Source: Elusimicrobiota bacterium (GTDB lineage Bacteria > CG03 > SLGR01 > JBDRKX01). From it: a stretch of DNA of 14,227 nucleotides. Position 1 is the stretch's first letter. Every line of letters starts with the position of its first letter. Under the pieces are notes generated by a model that was not told the origin of the DNA, did no database searches, and was given only the letters and a program-made list of their open reading frames with translations. The position numbers were made by a program, and so were the translations under genes. Shown here piece after piece: positions 8,075-14,227 of this stretch. Where the stretch lies: the NCBI GenBank assembly GCA_043813605.1, contig JBDRKX010000006.1, positions 1 through 14,227 on the forward strand, read 5' to 3'.

Positions 8075-9004
8075 ATGAAAACAGGTAAAAGCTGTAAAAT
8101 GGAAAAGAACGGGAATAACCGGGATCAAGCGGCAAAGCTGGTCAACATAACAGTTCCGAAAGCCGTATTCAAAGAAGTAGAGAATAACTTCAGATATTTT
8201 TATCCGGAAGCGGAGTTTACAATTGTAAGGTCTGTTTTTTATGATTTTGAGGACCTTTTCGAAGGAAGATACCCGGGATATCAGAAATGCAATACGCCAT
8301 ATCATGATATGACGCACACTGTAGATACTGCGCTCCTCTTTTCCCGGATAGCGGATGGTTACAATGTCGGGAAAAAACCGCTTTCTTCTCACATTATGAG
8401 AATAGGCATCATCGCCGTACTTTTTCATGACAGCGGGTATATACAGAAAATGACTGATACCGCGGGAACCGGGGCAAAACATACACTGGTACATGAAAAG
8501 AAGAGTGTGGAATTCATAAGGGGTTATTTCAAGAAAATAGGTTTGACGAGAGGTGATTTCAATATGGCCAGGAACATGATACGGTGCACCGACTTGAAAA
8601 TCACCGTGTCGGAAATAGATTTCGGTTCGGATGAAGAGATGATCACAGGTTTTATAGTAGGCACGGCTGATCTGGTTTCACAGATGTCTGAAAGGGCATA
8701 TCTTGAGAGGCTGTCGCTCCTTTACAGGGAATTCAAGGAAGGTAATATACAGGCATATGAATCGGAACACGATCTACTGAAAAAAACAGTAGATTTCTAT
8801 AAACATATAGTCAGAGACAGGCTTGACAAGGATTTCCAAAAACTGTATAAATATGCTCAGGTCCATTTCAAAGAGAGATATCATATTGATTCTAATCTCT
8901 ATATGGATGCGATAAGAAGGCAGTTCGAGTATTTGAGCAATATGAAAGACTATTCGATTGATGAACTAAAAAGCAGATTGAGGAGGAAAGCGACAAATGA
9001 GTGA
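8075..9004 (+). CDS. HD-domain metal-dependent phosphohydrolase
   Basis: PYHDMTH...LFHDSGY...HEKKS...IRCTD...GTADL gives the H...HD...D metal-ligand pattern. An alternative start is ATG 8099. The stop overlaps the ahcY start. Confidence 0.85.
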   Translation: MKTGKSCKMEKNGNNRDQAAKLVNITVPKAVFKEVENNFRYFYPEAEFTIVRSVFYDFEDLFEGRYPGYQKCNTPYHDMTHTVDTALLFSRIADGYNVGKKPLSSHIMRIGIIAVLFHDSGYIQKMTDTAGTGAKHTLVHEKKSVEFIRGYFKKIGLTRGDFNMARNMIRCTDLKITVSEIDFGSDEEMITGFIVGTADLVSQMSERAYLERLSLLYREFKEGNIQAYESEHDLLKKTVDFYKHIVRDRLDKDFQKLYKYAQVHFKERYHIDSNLYMDAIRRQFEYLSNMKDYSIDELKSRLRRKATNE

Positions 9005-10253
9005 CATAAGGGATGCCGGTCTTGCCGGTAAGGGAAGAAAAAGGATCGAATGGGCGGACGGCGACATGCCTGTCCTTCAGCAGGTCAGAAAACAGTTTGC
9101 AGGATCAAAGGTATTCAAGGGACTTAAAATGTCATGCTGTCTGCACGTCACGGCAGAGACCGCGAACCTGATGAGATCTCTTAAAGCCGGCGGAGCCGAT
9201 ATCGTTTTATGCGCATCAAATCCCCTTAGCACGCAGGATGACGTGGCGGCCTCGCTCGTAAAGGATTTCGGCATTAAGGTATTTGCGTTAAAGGGAGAGA
9301 ATACAAAGACATTCTACAGTCATATCAAGGCCGCTATCGAACATGGTCCTGTTGTGACCATGGATGACGGCGCGGACCTGGTATCTACGCTGCATTCCAA
9401 ATACAAGTCAAAATGCCCGGAGATATACGGAAGCATGGAAGAGACGACAACGGGTGTTATAAGGTTGAAAGCAATGGAAAGGGACGGCGCATTGAAAATA
9501 CCCGTGATAGCCGTGAATGATGCAAAGACAAAGAACCTTTTTGATAACAGGTACGGTACCGGCCAGTCTACGGTTGACGGTATCATCAGGGCGACAGATA
9601 TACTGCTGGCGGGAAAAGATGTAGTTGCGGCCGGGTACGGCTGGTGCGGGAGGGGTTTTGCGATGCGCGCAAGAGGCATGGGCGCTAATGTAATAGTCAC
9701 GGAGATTGATCCTGTAAAAGCCATTGAAGCAAAACTTGACGGTTACCGGGTGATGCCAATGGCAGCCGCAGCGAAAATAGGAGACCTTTTCTGTACTCTG
9801 ACAGGTGACATAAATGTAATAAGGGTGGAACACTTTAAAGCGATGAAGGACGGGGCGATAGTATGTAATTCAGGGCATTTCAATGTAGAGCTGGACGTGG
9901 CCGGACTGCAGAAAACGGCAAAAAAAGTGAGAAAGAACGTGAGAGGCTTTGTTGATGAATATGTTCTTTCAGGCGGGAAAAGGATCTTCCTGATAGCTGA
10001 AGGCAGGCTTGTCAATCTCGCGGCAGCGGAAGGCCATCCTGCGAGTGTCATGGATATGAGCTTTTCTACGCAGGCGCTCGCTGCTGAATTTGTCGTAAAA
10101 AAGAAGGGTAAGCTGTCGGCGTCTGTACATGATGTGCCTTCACAGATAGAAGACAAAGTCGCTATGCTGAAGCTTAAAAGCATGGGGACTGTAATAGATA
10201 AACTTACTCCCGAACAGGAAAAATATCTTAAATCGTGGAGTATGGGAACATAG
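8997..10253 (+). CDS. ahcY: Adenosylhomocysteinase (SAH hydrolase)
   Basis: Motifs CLHVTAETA, SNPLSTQD, DDGADL, EETTTG, KNLFDNRYGTGQS, NAD-binding GYGWCGRG, GHFNVE and EGRLVNLAAAEGHP...MDMSF. SD GAGGAGG at 8980-8986. Confidence 0.98.
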   Translation: MSDIRDAGLAGKGRKRIEWADGDMPVLQQVRKQFAGSKVFKGLKMSCCLHVTAETANLMRSLKAGGADIVLCASNPLSTQDDVAASLVKDFGIKVFALKGENTKTFYSHIKAAIEHGPVVTMDDGADLVSTLHSKYKSKCPEIYGSMEETTTGVIRLKAMERDGALKIPVIAVNDAKTKNLFDNRYGTGQSTVDGIIRATDILLAGKDVVAAGYGWCGRGFAMRARGMGANVIVTEIDPVKAIEAKLDGYRVMPMAAAAKIGDLFCTLTGDINVIRVEHFKAMKDGAIVCNSGHFNVELDVAGLQKTAKKVRKNVRGFVDEYVLSGGKRIFLIAEGRLVNLAAAEGHPASVMDMSFSTQALAAEFVVKKKGKLSASVHDVPSQIEDKVAMLKLKSMGTVIDKLTPEQEKYLKSWSMGT

Positions 10254-10262
10254 GAATGTATA

Positions 10263-10426
10263 ATCCCGGATTTTGCATTAGAAAATGGAATTCGACAAAA
10301 AATATGCCACATTCTACGTCGCAAAAAAGCTTATCAATACTTACGAGTATTACTTCACTTTTTTGTTGTGTATTATGTGTCATCTTTATCGTCTCGGTTC
10401 CGCATTTTTAACGTAAAATACGGGAT
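10263..10426. repeat. 164-bp long palindromic dispersed element, copy 2
   Basis: ATCCCGGATTTTGCATTAGAAAATG (10263-10287) pairs with CATTTTTAACGTAAAATACGGGAT (10403-10426). It has the same central AATACT-TACG-AGTATT (10336-10351) and A6G/CT6 stem as copy 1, and fills most of the 194-bp intergenic space. Confidence 0.93.
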
Positions 10427-10447
10427 AATAAAACGGAGATCAGAAAG

Positions 10448-11188
10448 ATGAAAAAAAAGATTAAAATTTTGCCGCTGATACTTCTTGTATCAATGCTGTT
10501 CAGCGGGTGCGAGAACTCGAACATATTTTCCTGGGCCCATCCCGGGGGGAACGATGATTCAACGGCAGCGCTCCTGACGGACGGTCAGAAAGCCCTCCTG
10601 GACCGTAATTATACAAAGGCTATCGAATATTACCAGAAGATACTCGACAAAGATCCGGATAATTCGGAAGCCCTTTACGGGCTGGCTGCCGCCGAGTTGA
10701 AGAATGTGGGGCTCGACCTGAGTGTTCTTCTGCCCAAATTCCTTAATAACGCGGACGGTATTTCAAACACAATGGCCTTTAGATCGCCGGGTAAGACCGT
10801 GTCGTCTGTTGATGACCTTCTTCCGCAGATGAATTACGTTCTGCTCGAAGCTGCGACCGCAGTTGCTGTTGCGAAACTCAGGATGATAGCCGATGGAAAC
10901 GCTGACGGGACAATACCGGCCGACGACATAGACGTCAATATAAATCTTTCAATATCGCTAATAATACACGCGGCCTCGTATCTTCTCAATAAATATAATA
11001 TCTCTATTGACGAGGATTTTCAGGTAGAAGCGCTCAGCGATATCTCGCAGGCCGATATTGATTATGTTGTAGGAGAGATAGAAGATGCATTAGAGTACCT
11101 GCTAGTTCTTGTCCAAGAAGAGATAAATATAGATGATATTCGTGACGGGTTCAATGATTTCAAGGCCGAGATCGAAAGTCTGTTGTAA
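10448..11188 (+). CDS. TPR-containing lipoprotein
   Basis: SD GGAG at 10435-10438. Lipoprotein signal MKKKIKILPLILLVSMLFSG-C21. TPR LTDGQKALLDRNYTKAIEYYQKILDKDPDNSEALYGLA, then an acidic helical C-terminus. Confidence 0.87.
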   Translation: MKKKIKILPLILLVSMLFSGCENSNIFSWAHPGGNDDSTAALLTDGQKALLDRNYTKAIEYYQKILDKDPDNSEALYGLAAAELKNVGLDLSVLLPKFLNNADGISNTMAFRSPGKTVSSVDDLLPQMNYVLLEAATAVAVAKLRMIADGNADGTIPADDIDVNINLSISLIIHAASYLLNKYNISIDEDFQVEALSDISQADIDYVVGEIEDALEYLLVLVQEEINIDDIRDGFNDFKAEIESLL

Positions 11189-11198
11189 GGAGCTGAAC

Positions 11199-12326
11199 AT
11201 GAAAAAAATATTAGCGATATTTATTGTTGCGGTGATAGGGCTGACGGGTACCGTTTTTGCGGAAGGGGTCCCGGTGAATATCGAGGCGGTTGAGAACCTC
11301 GGCATGGGCGGTCCCGGTTCCTGTGTCTGGAACAGATACGGCGTGATGTATAACCCGGCGCTGCTTGCCACGCAATCCGGGTTCCATATGAGGCTGTTCG
11401 AAATGCCTTTCTCAGTATCTAACGATGTCTTTAAATTCTATAGTTTCTATAAAGACAACCAGGAGGACCTGGAAAACTTTGATACGCTGAACGCTGCCAG
11501 GCAGGCAGTGCTCCTAAGGGAGATAACAAACAGTGTTACCAGTTACAAGATCCGTCTGAAGTTCAGCGCGCTCAATCCGAGCATCTCGGCCGGGCCGTTT
11601 CCGTTTTTCGGGCAGGATGGAAAACTCTGGTGGGGAGTGGGTTTCTATAACCAGTTTGACATAGGCGTGAAGATGAATGCCGGACTGCTGATCCCCACTG
11701 TAGATATCTGGGTGCAGGGAGACGGTGTATTGGTTGTCCCTCTTGCTTATAAGTTACCGTCTGTCCCGTTTAATCTTCCGGGTGAGGCATATGCGGGAAT
11801 CAATGTTAAATATTTAACAAGAGCGAAATATGACGAATACCGGCTGAGTATACTGCAGTTTGAAAATTTTTCGCCGTCTTCGGATGACATAGAGCAGGGT
11901 TCCGGTTTCGGATGGGACTGGGGCCTCCTTTACGGATACAGTGATAAATTAAAGTTCTCGCTGGTACTGAAGGATTTCCTGTCAACACGTATAGCATACA
12001 GTGATTCCAGTGAAGTCATAAAAGGCCAGTTAAACCTGGGATCTTCATATAAACTGAACAATATGATACAGCTGGCATGTGATGTGCGGGACATAAAGTT
12101 TGATGACATAGGTAAAGCTACATTGTTTGCCAAACTTTACATCGGTGGAGAAATCAATCTTATAAGTATCCTCAGGCTCAGAGGCGGTTTCTACCAGGGG
12201 TACCCGTCATTCGGTTTCGGACTGCTTGGTTTCCTTAATTATGCCTTCTATGGCAGGGAACTTTCAGATTATCCCGGACTGATGCCGGAATGGAATCATG
12301 TAATATCCCTCTCTATAGGATTCTGA
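11199..12326 (+). CDS. Outer-membrane beta-barrel protein, TraF-like/FadL-PorV-related superfamily
   Basis: ATG 11199 has the SD AAGGAG overlapping the upstream TAA (preferred over ORF-track 11133). Signal peptide, then LGMGG...MYNPALLA and GSGFGWDWGLLY, LRLRGGFYQGYPSFGFG, ending in the terminal-Phe beta-signal ISLSIGF. Confidence 0.75.
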   Translation: MKKILAIFIVAVIGLTGTVFAEGVPVNIEAVENLGMGGPGSCVWNRYGVMYNPALLATQSGFHMRLFEMPFSVSNDVFKFYSFYKDNQEDLENFDTLNAARQAVLLREITNSVTSYKIRLKFSALNPSISAGPFPFFGQDGKLWWGVGFYNQFDIGVKMNAGLLIPTVDIWVQGDGVLVVPLAYKLPSVPFNLPGEAYAGINVKYLTRAKYDEYRLSILQFENFSPSSDDIEQGSGFGWDWGLLYGYSDKLKFSLVLKDFLSTRIAYSDSSEVIKGQLNLGSSYKLNNMIQLACDVRDIKFDDIGKATLFAKLYIGGEINLISILRLRGGFYQGYPSFGFGLLGFLNYAFYGRELSDYPGLMPEWNHVISLSIGF

Positions 12327-12333
12327 TATACAT

Positions 12334-13962
12334 ATGAGCAGCCGGCTCGCTTGTCTGGTCATACTGGGCTGGCTGGCAGCAGGTCTTACCGGATCGATCG
12401 AGGCGGCGCCGTCGCCGGACGGCGAACCGGGGCCGCCTGAATTTGTCAACCGGCCTGCCGGCATTTCTTCCCGGCAATATCACGCCCTTGTAACAGGGAC
12501 TAAGAAAGTAGCTGTAATACTGGTCGATTTTGACGGTAATCTGGGATCCGGCACGTCGGGAGCGGCGGCAACGGACAATGGGAAGATGTTTGATGCCGAC
12601 ATTCAGAACCTGGACAAATGGTTCGGGACGGGGACAGCGAATTTCCCTGATTTCTTTGATGAGGCCTCTTACGGGCAGATAGATATTGATATTACATTTG
12701 CCGTAAAGGGCGGCACGAGGAGCAGCCTCTCGGGAGTTAAATCAACTCACTGTTTTACCGTCCCGGAATCAATGGCATATTACGGGCAGGATACAGGCCA
12801 GAGCCTGGCTGACCTGGTATTACATGCGCTCTCTACCGCAACGGCCCAGGGTGTAAAGATAGATACCGGTACCTATCAGTATGTCATGGTAGCGCATGCC
12901 GGTAACGGAAATGAATCAACATCATTCCCTGTAAACTATGCCGGAGATATATGGTCGGTTTCCGTGGGTTGGTCTAGTCAGTATAACGGTTTTACAACCG
13001 GTGTCATTATTCCTGTCAGGGAAAACGGGTTACTTGAACCGCTTGGTGTCATGTGTCACGAGTTCGGCCATCAACTGGGGCTTCCCGATATATATGCCAC
13101 CGATACCCGGGCGGAAGTCGTCGGTCCGTATGCGTTGATGGACAGCGGAGTCTGGAACGATAACGGACAAAAACCCTGTCATTTCTGTTCATGGAGCAAG
13201 GCATTTCTCGGGTGGGTGGCGCCTGTATCTGTATCCGGTGTGGCCGAAGGCATAGCGCTAAAATCATATTACAACAACAAGACAGGCAGTGTCTACAAGT
13301 TTGCTGTTCCGGGAACCGGAGGAGAGGAGTATTTCCTTCTGTCATACAGAAAGGATGGAGGATATGATTCGGCTTCGCTCAACAGCTCCAGAAGCATAGA
13401 GTGGGGAGCAGTCATACTGCATATAGATGACACGATAGGCGATATTTTGAAGAATGACGTGAATGCGTCAACACAGGAACATCCCAGAATAGATATAGTC
13501 GAAGAAGGCGTATGGGACATCGCCAGGACATTCATGACGCCTCATTCGGACGGGTATAACGGTTCGCTATCGGGTATTACGGTATACGGCATGGCTCTTT
13601 CCGGGCAGGATATGTTTTTCAGCGCAAGCGCGGCAAATTTCTCCGATATACTGGAGTTTGCGGGAAGACCGGTAAATTTTCCCAATCCTGTAACGGGGCA
13701 AAGTACGACTATTTCGTTTAATCTGACTAAACCTGAACAGGAGATAGCTTTAAGGATATATACTCCTGCGGGAGAGCTGGTAAGGTCGATAAATTCGGAA
13801 GAGATCAATGCTGTGTATGCGACTGATAACAGGATGGTCTACCAGGCGACCTGGGATCTGAAGAATAATTCCGGTGAGAGTGTGGCTTCGGGAATATATG
13901 TATATCACATAGAAGCCGGAAAACTGGGGCATACAGGAAGACTTTCAGTTATTAAACCATAA
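12334..13962 (+). CDS. M6 family (immune inhibitor A-like) zinc metalloprotease with C-terminal T9SS type A / FlgD-Ig-like sorting domain
   Basis: Signal peptide, then KVAVILVDF, FFDEASYGQ and VMVAHAGNG. Zinc motif HEFGHQLGLPD (13057-13089), Met-turn YALMDSG, HFCSWSKAFLGWV. Tail NFPNPV...TTISFNL...LRIYTPAGELVRSI...WDLKNNSGESVASGIYVY...GRLSVIK (~13675-13959). Confidence 0.9.
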   Translation: MSSRLACLVILGWLAAGLTGSIEAAPSPDGEPGPPEFVNRPAGISSRQYHALVTGTKKVAVILVDFDGNLGSGTSGAAATDNGKMFDADIQNLDKWFGTGTANFPDFFDEASYGQIDIDITFAVKGGTRSSLSGVKSTHCFTVPESMAYYGQDTGQSLADLVLHALSTATAQGVKIDTGTYQYVMVAHAGNGNESTSFPVNYAGDIWSVSVGWSSQYNGFTTGVIIPVRENGLLEPLGVMCHEFGHQLGLPDIYATDTRAEVVGPYALMDSGVWNDNGQKPCHFCSWSKAFLGWVAPVSVSGVAEGIALKSYYNNKTGSVYKFAVPGTGGEEYFLLSYRKDGGYDSASLNSSRSIEWGAVILHIDDTIGDILKNDVNASTQEHPRIDIVEEGVWDIARTFMTPHSDGYNGSLSGITVYGMALSGQDMFFSASAANFSDILEFAGRPVNFPNPVTGQSTTISFNLTKPEQEIALRIYTPAGELVRSINSEEINAVYATDNRMVYQATWDLKNNSGESVASGIYVYHIEAGKLGHTGRLSVIKP

Positions 13963-13971
13963 GTCAAGCAT

Positions 13972-14227
13972 TAAGTCATAAGCTTTAAGTTTTAAGTTAT
14001 AAGTTTTAAGTATTTTTTTGTTTTATTTTTACTTACAGCTTATAGCTTACCACTTACAGCAAAATAAGTCATAAGCTTTAAGTTTTAAGTTTTTTTTTGT
14101 TTTATTTTTACTTACAGCTTATAGCTTACCACTTACAGCAAAATAAGCCATAAGCTTTAAGTTTTAAGCTTTTTTTTGTTTTATTTTTACTTACAGCTTA
14201 TAGCTTACCACTTACAGCAAAATAAGT
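13972..14227. repeat. Compound tandem array: 79-bp units made of inverted heptamer runs (truncated at window end)
   Basis: Units are 13972-14064 (93 bp), 14065-14143 (79 bp), 14144-14222 (79 bp) and a partial unit from 14223. Each is (TAAGNNN)x4-6 + T-rich spacer + CTTACAG-CTTATAG-CTTACCA-CTTACAG + CAAAA. Confidence 0.95.

Noticed and set aside
9743..10324. Minus-strand and alternate-frame ORFs (e.g. 9743-10324, 2040-2525, 3975-4478, 5271-5738, 8012-8494)
   Set aside because: They are shadows of well-supported + strand genes and have no recognisable motifs.
1..10426. Composite transposon or genomic island bounded by the two repeats
   Set aside because: There is no transposase or integrase, the copies are about 21% diverged, and the cargo includes ahcY and mscS. 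A target duplication cannot be assessed because copy 1 touches the window edge.
10263..10426. SAH/SAM riboswitch associated with ahcY
   Set aside because: It lies downstream of ahcY and also occurs far from it. It folds as one long rod with no recognisable SAH/SAM aptamer motifs.
11133..11198. ORF-track start for the barrel gene (likewise TTG 3508 for the discoidin gene)
   Set aside because: The downstream ATGs (11199, 3562) give clean signal peptides, and 11199 has an SD. The longer starts overlap the previous gene or the promoter.
11199..12326. Conjugative element inferred from TraF-like similarity
   Set aside because: No relaxase, coupling protein or other T4SS genes are present. This barrel family also occurs outside conjugation loci.
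13972..14227. CRISPR array
   Set aside because: The units are near-identical over their whole length with no unique spacers, and there are no cas genes in the window.

Overview
All 11 credible CDSs lie on the + strand, in a diderm-type bacterial region rich in envelope and secreted proteins. In order: a PorV/PorQ-like beta-barrel fused to TPRs, a CBM48-like+TPR protein, a stand-alone 2TM-HAMP protein, a small secreted protein, a large discoidin/glycosidase-like protein, mscS, an HD-domain hydrolase coupled to ahcY, and a TPR lipoprotein / TraF-like barrel / M6 metalloprotease (T9SS-CTD-like tail) operon. The most striking unexplained feature is non-coding: two ungapped 164-bp copies (1-164 and 10263-10426, 130/164 identical by hand count) of a long palindromic element. 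Its terminal stem shows five compensatory base-pair changes, it has an invariant central UACG hairpin, and it has stop-free reading frames. Each copy sits directly ahead of an envelope-protein operon. The window ends in a 79-bp tandem array built from inverted 7-bp-phased TAAG/CTTA motifs. Protein family calls come from motif recognition by eye; no searches were run.
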